From positions 117,490,001-117,554,000 of the forward strand of contig OX597816.1 of assembly GCA_951406725.2 (NCBI GenBank): a DNA stretch of 64,000 nucleotides, given 5' to 3'. Under the pieces are notes generated by a model. The model saw only the letters and a program-made list of their open reading frames with translations. It was not told the origin of the DNA and made no database searches. Positions within the stretch are counted from its first letter, which is position 1, and every line of letters begins with the position of its first letter. Of this stretch, positions 51,258 through 63,986 are shown in pieces. Both the position numbers and the translations under genes were made by a program. The DNA is from Octopus vulgaris (taxonomy: Eukaryota).

Positions 51258-51435
51258 TAGAAAATAATAATTGTGCGTGCCTTTATGGTGCTAAATATTC
51301 TGTTCTACTCTAGGCACAAGACCCGAAATTTTTAGGGAAGGGGCCAGTCGATTAGATCGACCCTAGTACGCAACTTGTACTTAATTTATCGACCCCGAAA
51401 GGATGAAAGGCTAAGTCGACCGCGGTGGAATTTGA
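51258..51435 (-). mobile_element. Copy of 48396-48572 (SINE B 3' part plus unique flank)
   Basis: Shares flank tagaaaataataattgtgcgtgccttta.ggtgctaaatattctgtt and private variants aggctaagtcgaccgcggtgg. Confidence 0.9.
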
Positions 51436-51464
51436 CAGATAGGGCTTCTTATGTTGCAGGAGTG

Positions 51465-51710
51465 AAGGTGCATATCCTAGTAGTGATTAGGGGTGTTGCA
51501 AGACCATGGTTTCATTTCCAAGACCGGTCAGTGCTTTGTGTTCTTGAGTATAACACTTCATTTCACTTTGCTCCAGTCTATTCGTGGGTAAATGAATAAC
51601 CCTACGACGGATTGGCGTCCCGTTCAGGGAAGAGGGGAAGGGTATATATTATGATCTCGCTGTCTTATTCGTCATGGCAACCTAGAAGTCAGCTCTATGA
51701 GTCATCGAAT
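51465..51710 (+). mobile_element. SINE family D, diverged
   Basis: cctagtagtgattagggtgttg...tgtgttcttgagt...acttcatttcactttgctccagtc. Confidence 0.65.
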
Positions 51711-51809
51711 TCAAGAGAGTAATGTTCAGAAGAGGAGTTACTTTTGTTACAGGAAGCATTTCTTGACAAGGAATTTTGAGGCGACGTCTCCCAAGAGTCC
51801 ATGCATAAC

Positions 51810-51852
<43 letters not shown>

Positions 51853-52449
51853 TAGAGATATATAGAGAGAGAGAGAGAGAGAGAGGTGGGGGGACTAAAC
51901 AAAAACAAATTCACTTCCAATTTATCATTCCAATCGCCATTCATAAATGAAATTAAGTATTTCTCGCTTGCCCTTATGAAGTTGATTAGTAAAACAGTTG
52001 ACAAAGATGATAAACAGTGTTTGTTTTTAACACCTCTTTATGTTCTGACGTGGAATCTCAACGAAGTTAACTTTACTTTTTAATATTTCCTTGGTGAGAG
52101 TCGATAAAATAAGTACATTGAAGTACTGTAGCCGATTTAAACGCTATAAGAAGTATTTTTCATCGGTGAGGGGCCGTGCAAATTAAAGAGAAATAGTAAA
52201 TTGATATATTTAATATTATTAGATGGTTTTAAACTTTTAAAATTTGTTCAAAGTATGGCGGAGATAGGAGAATTATATGGATGTAAACGCTAGTTTGTCT
52301 TATTAATAAGGTGTGAAGGTCAATAATTTCACTTATATTTGTTTCTTTTGGCTGTGTGGGAGATTTGGTACTTATCGTCCCAAGTCTCCCACACATCTCT
52401 TTCTCTCTCCCACACACACATATATATATATATGTACAGACACACATCA

Positions 52450-53555
52450 CTGGTCCAAGTTACACTGACAAGACACCTTGTACCTCGGAGAGTAAAAAAA
52501 AATACCACCATCGACTATTACAACAATTCCAGTTCGATGTTTTCTTCCCGCTTCCTGAAGTCTGATTGGCCCCAGCTAAAAGTGGGGGTAATCTTCGGGT
52601 GCACAATCTTTGTGTTTCTCTTCGCGTTGGCAATGGACATTTTGGTCAAGTCAGCAGAAACGGGTTACTGTTCCCCACTTTGAGAAAATCAAGAATAAGA
52701 CAACAACAATCACAGCAGTGCAGGGAGCTAGATGAATTCTCCAAGAGTTAGGGAAGGTTGCAGTCTGATCGTAGATAAGTTTCAAACATGGAAATTTTTG
52801 GTGTATAATTTTGAAGAAAAGAAAAGGTATCAGAAATTTCTCTTAAAGGTAGGAGAAAATCAGATCCTGTCAATCACAGGAAAGAAAGGTGAAGAGTCTC
52901 CGAAAGAGTTTCAACTGCAGACTAAATGGCACAGGTACCGTTAAGGTGATTAGAGCTGACCTAGAGTGCTGGTTGAGAGCTTTAGGCAAGTGGGGGTTAT
53001 CAGGGCGAGTCAAGGACCGGATTTACTTGCATGGGATGCTCCCCCAAATCGTCTAGCCATTACTCATTTATCAAGACCCAAGACTGGTGAAAAGCTTTCA
53101 GCGTTATTTCAACTGCCATCTTCGCAGATGGCCGGATTTGTAAGGCAGTTTGAGAAGTATTTGGTTGCATAGAAGCAGTAACAAGTTTAGGCTTCCATTT
53201 AGTTCTGTCAAGGAGGAATTCGTTATCATACGTACACGAGAACATTTGCAATGCGCCGGTTTAAGGGATACCAAAGTGAAGAGTGCAGGGATCATTTGAA
53301 AATAGGGAGGAAGTAGATGGCAACAAGACAGTTCCTCTTATTGATTAACTGTGACCTGGGCAGAGAGGATGGAGGTCGCACAAAACAAGGAGATAGTAGA
53401 GTATTAGGAGTCGGTGGATGACTGACGCAAGAAAGGGTGGAAAGCCAGGTGTTTGCCAGTCCGACAGTAGAACCTATATTTGTTGTTATTAACTTACCAA
53501 GAGATTTGAAGTACATAGCGAACATCATAGAAATATATTATGTTTTATGACTTGA
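52450..53555 (+). mobile_element. Decayed HERO/NeSL-like non-LTR retrotransposon RT region
   Basis: WPQLKVGVIFGCTIFVFLFALAMDILVKSAE; KWGLSGRVKDRIYLHGMLPQIV*PLLIY; RLPFSSVKEEF; DTKVKSAGI...GRK, in the order expected for this clade. Confidence 0.75.
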
Positions 53556-53580
53556 GGGTATTGTGTTCTGTAGTTGGAGA

Positions 53581-53658
<78 letters not shown>

Positions 53659-54370
53659 GACAGAGAGAGACAGAGACAGATAGAGAGGGAGGGAAAGAGG
53701 AAGAGTGAGAGAAACGGAGAGAGTATGTGTCATTTAATAGTTTGGCTCAAAGATTGTATATTTTAGAAGCTCATTTTCATTTCCCTCTCGTAAATCTGCT
53801 TAAGATTAATGTTGTAAGCCTAACAACAGAGCAGCATTTCTGACACGTTGTAACATAACTGAGAGCATACTGATGTTCCACAACTCTTCGTTTGGGTGAT
53901 CTTTTGGTACATAATACGTAAAATGGCCGACAAAAGTGAAAGATAATTGTCAATGATAAAGTGTAAGCACTCAATCGGCATTTTAGATATTTTAATGTAT
54001 TTGAGAGACAACAGTCATAATACAAATTTATATGTGAAGTGATACAGCAATTATTTCAACTGAGATTAAATAAAGATATTGAATACTATATTTATTATAT
54101 TATATATTATATTTTCTGTCTGTGTAATTGAAAGCTCACACGCATGATAAGTATTCGTCATATTCTGAACATGTATAAGTAAAATGTTTTTGTTAAAATT
54201 CAGTAACTAAATGAAAATGCATTTAGTAAAATTATTTTATTAAAATCCTGAAATAGAAAGAAAGTTATTACATACTGTAGTAATATCTAACCGAGGACAT
54301 GACTATTATACATTCTTTGTTTTGTGGACACAACACCAGTCGAACTTTTGTCGGCCTTTTCACGAAATTT

Positions 54371-54605
54371 GAAAGATGACATAGGTGCCACTTTTTAGCG
54401 TGCGGTCACACTTAACCATTCTTACTTTAACGTACGGTCTACCTGGTCATTTATACTGTAGTGTGCGGTCTAGCCCTAACGGTAACCATAATCCTAAACC
54501 TTAACTTTAACCTAGCCCTAATTGTAACCCAGATCAGGTCATTTCACAGCGAAGGCTACAGATACTGCTGTAGAGTGCACGCTAAAGTAGCACCAATCAT
54601 CCTTC
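54371..54605. mobile_element. MITE-like element with ~30-bp imperfect TIRs and internal degenerate (CCCTAA)n
   Basis: gatgacataggtgccactttttagcgtgc / gcacgctaaagtagcaccaatcatc; ccctaac..cctaaaccttaac..ccctaa at ~54474-54530. Confidence 0.65.
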
Positions 54606-56453
54606 GTTTGAAAAGTAAATCTTTTCATTGTTTCGAGTTTGATTTCTCACTGTCTTACGTTCAATTTGTAACGGGTGTGACTTCGTCAATAAAATGATAT
54701 AATGAGAGCAGCGTGCCTATTCATTTATGAAGAGTATTGTGTCGTTATATATTTTCACTTTCCACAAGTAAGTGATACAATTTTGAATCAGTACCAATTT
54801 ATAGTTGGTATATATTTGTATAACCCGCTGAAGAATGAACTCCAAAATCAGTTTCAGTACAATGTGTGTTAAAGAACAGGGGATCACAATTTAAGTGTTA
54901 AAAAAATTGGGGAACAGCATTTGATAATTGTAAGACAGATGAAAAACGGCTTTTTAAAATATGAAGAATAGTATGGTATGGTTTGGATCTTTAAATCTCA
55001 TGGATTCTTAAACTACACAGCAAAAGCTAACATATAGCAGATGACTTACTAAATATATTCATAACCAAGTAGGAGAGGTTATCAATTGATTTAGATTAAC
55101 GTTTGTAATGTCACATCGTTCAGAGTCAATAATTTATTGTACTGAACCATAAGTCAAGCGCTTTCGTCCTCGCCACCGTCATGAGGTGGCTTTCCGGACA
55201 GAAGTATTTACCATTCATTAATCTAGCCTGCATGTGTTAAGTTACGAAGAAATATTCACTTCTTAAAGGAGATAAGTTAGTATTTTAGGATATTTGTGTT
55301 AAAATACATTTGTTGAAAATGTCCTCTTGTATGAACGTGTGGGTGTGCGCGCGTATACTTTACCGTTAGCTAAGACGTATATACGCACAACTGTGTTCGT
55401 GTGCGCGCGATTTCTTTTTCTATGGCTAGATAATATACACAGAAAGGTGGGTGTGTTTTTTTTATTTTTAATGCTAGATAATACACAAAGCTATGTATTT
55501 GTGAGAGTGATTTCTTTTTTATATTTAGATAATACAAACACACAATGGTTTGTGTATCATTTCATCCATCTTTCAGTATATGAGATAATTTATACCACAA
55601 TTATAGTAAATCGGTTATAATAAATAGCTGTATTTTATAATAGTATGAAGTCTAAGCAATCAAACATTTATTTTCTTCTTCAGAGCGTTTACTTTGCTGC
55701 CATTAGATTATATTTAAGTCCATTGAGAATGTTTTCGCTTCAAAATGACATCGCCATTGTTGTTAAAAATATATTTATCATATAAAGCTGTATACACGTA
55801 TATTTTAGACAAGAGAATAGGATTGCGTGACGCTCATACTTTTTTTTATATCAAACAACTAAAAGTAATTATGAAATAACTGTTAAGATTTTTTTCAGCA
55901 AGCGAACGTAGACTGGCAGGATTAAAAAAGCTATGGACAATATCCATTAAAGCCGATAGTAAGGTTCCTTTACACTGTGAGTTCAAATTGCAAGAGGAAC
56001 TCTATCATTCATTTTGTCAAATCACTAGTTTTAAATACTGAAATTTTTACATTCAGCTATAATCACTCCACAAGATTTTTTTACCTTCTGCCTCTGTTTG
56101 AAATCATTAAAGGACGTTGTACAGTATAAGCACTTATTTGAGATAGAAAATAAACCTGCTGACGCCATGTAAACGATTAGATAAGTCAAGTCGGTCGGTT
56201 ACAGCCCTGAAGACCTTAAGTTAGGGTGGCAGTTCCCTATATTTAAGTCGATTAATCGATCGATTGATAAAATTGAACCATGAACCCATCTAAACATATA
56301 TCTGAAACAGCTGTAAGCTTCTGATAAATAAATGTATGTAAGCCATTATTTCTGTCTATTTTATGCATCACTCTGTAACAGCATACCATCTTAACTTGGT
56401 AACAGAACCGTGGCTTTATCGAATTTGATTAGTGACGCATTTTGATTTCGGAT

Positions 56454-57650
56454 CACCTGGAGTCTCTGTAATGTCTCCACAGTTCGTTGCTCGCTGACTC
56501 ACTCACTATCACGCATCTTTCCTCATTTGAGAACCTCCACTTAGACAGTTTCACTTTCACCAAATTTTTCCACTTTGATATTTCCTTCTCTACCTCTATT
56601 GATTTCTTGCAAAATAATCAGGACTCCTTTATGCTCACTTTTAAACTCACTGGTCTTTCAACCTTCTGGTCTTTTCTCTTCTTCTTGTGTTTCAGACAGC
56701 TCTATATCATTTATGTCAATCTTCTCTGCTTCTGCTGTCGCTTTCTGTAACACTTCCCTTGATTTTGCCTTCTTCCTTCTCTTGGGGCTGACGACTCCAT
56801 CGCTCCCCTCTTTTGTCGCTTTTGTTTCTTTCTCTATCTCTTCCTTCTCTTGCTCACAGTTCTTATTTATTATTTTTTCTTTTCCCCTCTCCATCCTTCC
56901 TTGCGTCTCCATTTCTCCCTCTGTCACCTCTTTCTCACTCTGTATCGGCTCGTTCTGTTTATTTTTATATTGCGGGCACTTCAATTTCATATGTCCCCTT
57001 TCACTGCAGATCTAGCAATTGGGTCTGCGATCCTCTACTATTACATCCAGGGGATTTTCCCCTTCAATCTCTATTTGGTAGAGAAGCCTCTCTATATTTT
57101 CAAATGTGGCGCAGAGTCACATCTCAACTCCGCTTCCCCACCAATTGAGCATGTCTGTTCTTCCAACCTCTGTGAGATCTGGCCTATCTTCGGTGGTGTT
57201 TATGATGGCTGCTATCAACCATTCCGTCTTTATATCAGGTGGCACCCTTGCTATCCTGACCCGGACGTGGCGCCTTCCCTTATACGTAGGTAACAGCACT
57301 ACCTTTTTCCGATCTCAGGAGAGCTGCGGAGTGTGAGGCCGCTTCTTCTTTTGTTGCAAACCTCACCGCCACCGTGCCATATCTCCTTCCTCTGCTTACG
57401 AATGTTGCCTTTTGCATTATACTTCCTAGGCATTCCTCCACGTCTTCCTCTGACAATTTTTCAATTTTATCTGTGGTGACCACTTGCGTGCGGTACACCA
57501 CCATTTTCTTAATCTTCTTTTCAGTAGACTCTTGAGGAGGGACCAGCTTAATTGCGCCATCCTCCTTCTTCACCAAGCTCAACCCATTCGTTATTTCTGT
57601 TTGGCAACATGCACCTTCTTGGCTTCTAACTGTGTAGCTGCCTTGGCCGC
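56454..57650 (-). pseudogene. Gag-like ORF1 of a non-LTR retroelement (L1/Tx1-type) with CCHC zinc knuckle; disrupted
   Basis: Joined frames give ...GTVAVRF...VRVRIARVPPDI...VIVEDRRPNC*ICSERGHMKLKCP (C-x2-C-x4-H-x4-C at 56976-57017), then a charged tail with SPKRRKK. Confidence 0.8.
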
Positions 57651-57866
57651 AGCAGTTTTCGCGTTGCTTGCCATAACGCTACGACCCTCCTCACAGGCAA
57701 TGAAGAGAAAAGGAACAAAAACAACAACAGCAAGTAACAGCAACACGCGCGAGACGCTTCAACAATAGTATCAACAGGAAAAACAACAACAGTTCTCACC
57801 CTCTTCGCATAAAAATCAAAATAATTCGCCAACAATGCAACTGGTGTCAAAATATTTTCGTCGCTT

Positions 57867-57939
57867 TGAAACCGCGACCTGTTCGCTGACAAAATTCCAT
57901 GCAGCACGGAATTTTGTCAGCGAACAGGTCGCGGTTTCA
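57867..57939. repeat. Perfect 32-bp inverted repeat, 9-nt spacer
   Basis: tgaaaccgcgacctgttcgctgacaaaattcc (57867-57898) / ggaattttgtcagcgaacaggtcgcggtttca (57908-57939). Confidence 0.97.
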
Positions 57940-58699
57940 CGCAGCAATTGCATATGTTTTTAGTTTTCTCCGAACTTTTGTTTACTTACCTTGTACTAGA
58001 CATAAACCAAAGTCTGTGCGATGTTTGCTTCATTTATAGACTGAAATACTATAGATCATAGATCAGACGTTTATATGCACACATGATAATATTGGCCAGA
58101 AGTAAACAACTCTATCGTCTACATGAAAGTTAACAATCATTTCTTATATATGCTTAATACAATCTAAGTGAATAACTTCAATATTCATATATATATATAT
58201 AAGTTTAGGATTCAAGTGAATCAGGTACTTATATGATAAAGCATAGGGTTGGTTGAAGAACAAAAAAACAAAAAAACAAAATGGAAATCGTATGTACAAC
58301 GAAATCAGAGGAACAAATACATACGTACCGAAGTCCAGACAAATTATTATTCCAGTTGTATATACAGTCAACTGCATCAGGCTGAGTGTATTATGAGTCT
58401 CAAGGCGGTATTTAGGAACACACTTCACCAATTGTACCGCACTTAACAGATTCTGGATTCACACTGATCGCAAGTTCCGAGTAAGGTGAATAATTAATAA
58501 ATAACAGCAAATGGATAAAGGTTCATTCACTACAACTGTTTCCAACGAGTTTTTTTTATTGATGAATAGAGATATTACATCATGCGAAAAAATAATGTTT
58601 TCATCAGGTGAACATACACGAATTACACATTTAAAAAACATTCCTGAAATCACCAGTTTGTGCCACTTCATGATTCCCTGACCAGTAACAGCCATTTGA

Positions 58700-58884
58700 T
58701 TATTAGGGTGTCCGTACACATGGTTAGCACACTTATCGCGAATATAAGAAGTGTGGATTCAAGTCACATGCGTAATGACACTCTTTTTCCATCGAGGGCT
58801 TATATGCCCCAATATTAGACACTTTTCTTTTGTCAGTACACGGTGATTGCTTATAAGCTTTAAGCTTAAATAATTATTATTTAC
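58700..58884 (+). mobile_element. Family F copy (tRNA-like cassette plus downstream block)
   Basis: catggttagcacac...ggattcaagtc...tttttcc.tcgaggg.ttatatgcccca.tattag...gcttataagctttaagctt matches 8058-8250 on the minus strand. Confidence 0.65.
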
Positions 58885-59014
58885 AAATTCCGCCGAGGTC
58901 GACTTTGCCTTTCCTCCTTTCGGGGTCGATAAAATAAACACTAGTTGAGCACTGGGGTCGATGTAATCAACTTATCGCCACCCCCACCAAGCTGCCCTTG
59001 TGGCAAAAATTTGA
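58885..59014 (+). mobile_element. SINE family B, 5'-truncated, with TSD
   Basis: Flanked on both sides by attattatttaca. Confidence 0.85.
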
Positions 59015-59159
59015 ATAATTATTATTATTTACAGAATTGTCACTCGTCACCGCTTCTCCATTTAATGAATGTATATATTACTGTATCGACCACACTATTG
59101 GACGTTGTTATACATCGCTGGTCACTAAGTGCTTCCACACATTATTGTAGCCTTTGAAT

Positions 59160-59343
59160 GGTGCCACTCCGTTGGTTCGGTGGGTAGGCCAGCATTCCTC
59201 TTGAGCGAATTTGCAGCAGAGTGGACTGGACTGGAACAGTGTAAAACGAAGTGTTTTGCTCAAGAACATACCGCACTGTCGGTCGTAGAATCGAAACCTC
59301 GATCTTGCTATCGCAAATGCAACACCCTAACCACTTGGCCATG

Positions 59344-59345
<2 letters not shown>
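59160..59345 (-). mobile_element. SINE family D
   Basis: Reverse complement reads gcatggccaagtggttagggtgttg...ggtttcgattc...gtgcggtatgttcttgagcaaaacacttc. Confidence 0.8.
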
Positions 59346-59391
<46 letters not shown>

Positions 59392-59864
59392 TATGTTTTA
59401 TTCCATTTTAGTTTTTATATTCTACATCATTTGTATTAGAATTTGATTTATTGCAATAGGCAGAGGTGCAACGAACATTTACAGAACAATCTGAAGGTTG
59501 TTGTGTCATAAATGCTAAAGGAGTTCAATGGCATCAACATTGAATTGATACTGCAAACTCTAGCTTTGGGTGGATGGAATTGTGCAGCGACCTACATTGT
59601 CATTGCATCTAGTAAGATATGTGTACGTGTATATGTGTATATGTGCATGTGTATGTGTATATGTGCATGTGTATGCTTGTGTATGTCAGTGTGTGTTTTG
59701 GCGTTTAAGAGAGAGAGAGAGAGGAGGAGAGAGAGAGGGAGAGAGAGAGAGAGTTAGTATGTAAGTTTGAGAAACAGAAAGTGGAAAATGAATGCCAACC
59801 TGTCACCGCCTGACCGCTAGTTCCTGTTTGTCTGTCTCTCTCTCTACACACACAAATATTTATA

Positions 59865-59896
<32 letters not shown>

Positions 59897-59909
59897 CATA
59901 TATATATGA

Positions 59910-60001
<92 letters not shown>

Positions 60002-60570
60002 TTATCTACCTATCAATCTATCTGAACATATGAACAAGCATCATATGATTTTGTTAACATAAGTCTAGCTAGGGTCAAGCAGTCAGAAATATATCATTTT
60101 CAAAAGTCTGAAACTAGGTTGCATTAATGTATCAGTACACACTGAAATTAAGTTAGTTTACCATCAAAACTTTCTACCAAATGTTTATCTGCCGCCATCC
60201 CTATACCGCAAATCTAATCTACCCCGACACCTTACATACACACACGTATCTATCTACAGTTTATCTTCATGATGGAAAAAGAGCTACCTTCGCTTTGGTT
60301 CAAACATCAGATCGTTGCTCCTCCTTCCTCTTTTTTTTTTCAAACCTAGAAATAACTTTTGTTGACGTCTGCCAGTATAGGTGAGGATGATGTGTGCTTG
60401 TTTTGTTTGTGTGTGTATGCACATACGCATACATACATACGTGCGTTTGTGTGTGTATGTGTGAGTGTGCATGTGCATAGATATTGATATATACATACAT
60501 GCACACACGCATACGTACATACGTCTGTGTGTGTATGTGTGTGTGTGTGTATGTGTGTGTGTGTGTGTGT

Positions 60571-60623
<53 letters not shown>

Positions 60624-61580
60624 GTGTGTGTGTGAGTGTTTGTTGCGAGATAGACTACAGATAAGCGCTGAGAGAATTCGGTCTCGAAGAGGAACAGTGT
60701 ATTTTGCATGTAAGATGTGACGTGTGAATTAGGGATATGTGTGTGTATGGGTGTGTGTGTTTATGTATGTTGTGTACGTGCGCGTGTGTATGCGAGAGAG
60801 AGAGAGAGAGAGAGAGGGAGGGAGAGAGGGAGAGAGAGAGAGGAAGTGAGTGAGATAGAGAGATAGAGAGATAGATAGATAGATAGATAAATAGAGAGAG
60901 AGGGAATTGGCTAATGTGTTTAGTGTTATATTCTTTGGCATCAAGGAAAGTGCAGAGAGTACCAGTGTTTTAAGTTGTTGCAAAAAGAGATTGAAGATGT
61001 TTACGAAGCGTACTTCTAAGCCACCTGGATATGTCTGTCTTACATAAGTGATACTTAGAACTATCTATATAAGATAAACTGAGTGCTGGAAGACATGAAT
61101 ACAAAATTGAGGACATGCAATTTTCACACGAATGCAGGATACTACTGCTTCACTTCCGGTATATAATTATGATTTCTAACATGGACAGAAGGTCTCACAG
61201 ATTTGGACGGTAGTGGGGAATATAATTTTGATTATATCGGTGTCAATATTTTACTGGGCTGGGTAGCCGTAAGACCCTTTAGGCAGATGGAGCCCATGTG
61301 CATTGGCCGCGCTGGGATCGTTTTAGGGAAGGAAACCCCGACAGAAAACTAGCACTACTTCATGTCTTGAAAATTGGGCAAAGGACTAATAATGTGATCC
61401 TGAATCCTACATCCCGCCCCAACCATCTGATTACAGAAACTTCAAACGCTCACGAAATATCAAGAAAATCCACAACACCTTGAAGAGGCAGTTGTTCCTA
61501 ACTTGGTAAAAGACGGAACTAGATGTGAACTACTGCTATCGACTACCGACAGAGTAGAATGGAGATAGATATATATATAT

Positions 61581-61613
<33 letters not shown>

Positions 61614-61664
61614 GAGAGAGAATGGTAGACTTGTACGTATTTATGTACGTATGTATGTATATGC

Positions 61665-61872
61665 GTGTGTGTCTGTGTTTGTCTCCAAACCACTTGATAA
61701 CCTGCGTAGGTTTGTTTACGTTCCCATAACTTAGCAGTTTGGCAAATGAAACGGATAAAATAAGTATCAGACTTTTAAAATAATAAAGTCCTGGGTTCAG
61801 TTTCTTACACTAAACCCTTCCCGGCGGTGCTCCAGCATGACCGCAGTCTAATGACTGAGACAAGTAAAAGAA
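61665..61872 (+). mobile_element. SINE family A, 3' half
   Basis: gtttgtttacgttccc.taacttagc...ggcggtgctccagcatgaccgcagtctaatgactga. Confidence 0.85.
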
Positions 61873-62784
61873 TGAAAGAATAAACGAGAAAGTAAAGTGT
61901 CTCTCTAATAGAGCTTACTGGAACATCAAAGCCTCTTTAACGAAACCGACTGGAGTGTCCGCTGTATTGCAATCGTTCAGAGTATATCTGTAGTCTGAGG
62001 TGAATTCGTTACTTTAATGCACTGATACTTATGAGTTGTGGTTTCTTTGTTTTGGAGGCACTGTAAAGCGTCTCGAGTAGTAGCCCTTCTTCTTTGACTG
62101 AGCTATAAATATGTATATGTGTATAGAGAGTCAGTATAAATTTCTGTAAATCTTGTGAAACCATAGATCTCTAACTGGAAAGATCCTTTTAAGTATAGGC
62201 GAGAGTAAGGTTTGTTGGTTGTTGTATCTTGGAGTGGGGGAGGTCATTACACCAATAACAAACAGACACACTGGTTCAATTTGACTTCTTTATTATCAGT
62301 CAATTGGTTAGTTATTTAGCTAACTAACTAATCGATTGCTTGCTTAATCACTCGGCTAATCAATCAGTTGTTTGTCAAAGTTCTTTCGTTGCAATTCACG
62401 ATTGCGTCAAAGGTATGCCCTTTCTTCTTCAGGTATGCTTCAAATCTAAGACAAATTTGAAGCAGACTTGGAGAAGAGAAAAGAAGTGAAATTGAATCAG
62501 TGTGTGTGTTTATTATTGGCGTACTGACCCTCCCCCCAGATATAACAAAATTTGTTTCAACACGAGTTCACATCAAAAATCTTGGAAACAAAATTCAAAA
62601 TCTGTTTTTTTTTTATTTATGGAAGTCCTGCAGTTACTCATACATGCACGTCTCACCTCTCTACGTGACACATGTTATCAACCTCTGTCAATTCCGCTAA
62701 TCTACCATTCTTGATAAAAACCATAAAAATAAAAATACCGCCCCGCCACAAATAAATAAAATCAAAATAAATAGAAAACGCATT

Positions 62785-63418
62785 AGCACAGGCGTGGCTG
62801 TGTGGTAAGAAGCCTTGCTTCCCAACCATATGGTTCCAGGTTCAGTCCCACTGCATAGCACCTTGCGCAAATGTTTTTAGCTATAACCTCGGGCCGATTA
62901 AATCCTTGTAAATGGATTTGGAAGACGGAAACTGAAAGAAGCCTGTAGTATATAAATATATATATTGTATGATACAAATAAGATGTTTTTCGAGCGCATA
63001 GTTGCCGTTAGAGCAGCAGAAAAACTGGGTAACTTACACTACCAAGGCGGAAAAGTTTGTCAACAAGACATGAGACTCGAAACCATATCCCTCAAAGATT
63101 CCGGCTAAGTGCTTTACCATTAAGCTGAACTGCCCGCTGACAAATTCGTCCGCCGAATTAGACGCTGAATACTTTAGCTTTATAGAACAACCATGCGTGT
63201 GTGTGTGCTTGTGTGTGTGTGTTTGTCCCCAACTCCCGCTTGACGACTGGTATTGGTGTGTTTACGTTTCAGTAACTTAGCGGTTCAGCCAAAAAACGAT
63301 AAAATAAGTACCAGGCTTTAAAATAAAATATAGGTACTGCGGTCGTTTTATTTGACTAAAAATTATTCAAGGCGTTGTCCCAACGCGGCCGCAGTCTAAT
63401 GACTGAAACAAGTAAACG
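62785..63418 (+). mobile_element. SINE family A interrupted at its microsatellite by an ~230-bp insert
   Basis: 5' half 62785-62948 and 3' half 63195-63418. Confidence 0.88.
63046..63154 (-). other. tRNA-like Pol III cassette enclosed by 19-bp imperfect inverted repeats
   Basis: Minus-strand A box cagcttaatgg, B box ggtttcgagtctc, TTTT; IR ggcggaaaagtttgtcaac / gctgacaaattcgtccgcc. Confidence 0.6.
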
Positions 63419-63774
63419 ATACAAAATAATTCTATAAAAATGCAATTAAATCACCTCTTAACCTCTTTTCCTCAGACAGAATGAACTTACCTTTACTAGG
63501 AGCATGGTAAAAACTATGATTACTAGACTTCACTAAGTGTATTGTGACTTATGATATCTAACCCAAAAGTGGCGTCATTAAAAAAATAATTAGAAAAAAA
63601 GTTTCCATAAGGTATGTAGTAAGTATAAAGACGGTGCCAAATGTAGACGAGCATGTTAAGAAACTGGAAAACTGACAGAAAGCACGCCCCCCTTCATATA
63701 CCATCAAACTGGTAAAGTTCTTAATGCATTAACCGAAATACTTTCACCCCACCCCACTTTTCTTTTTTACAATT

Positions 63775-63929
63775 TTCTGTTTTTTTTTCTTTTTTGTTTC
63801 TTTCCTCTCGTACCCTTCCTTCTTTTCCTCATTTCTTTTCTTTCTCAATTTCTTCTCCCCTCCTTCCTTCCTTCCTTCCTTCCTTCCTGCCTGCCTGCCT
63901 GCTTGCTTTTCTTTCTTTCTTTCTTTTCT

Positions 63930-63986
<57 letters not shown>

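Noticed and set aside
61260-61480. Possible RTE-like 5' UTR relic
   Set aside because: Only vague resemblance; no ORF or second copy
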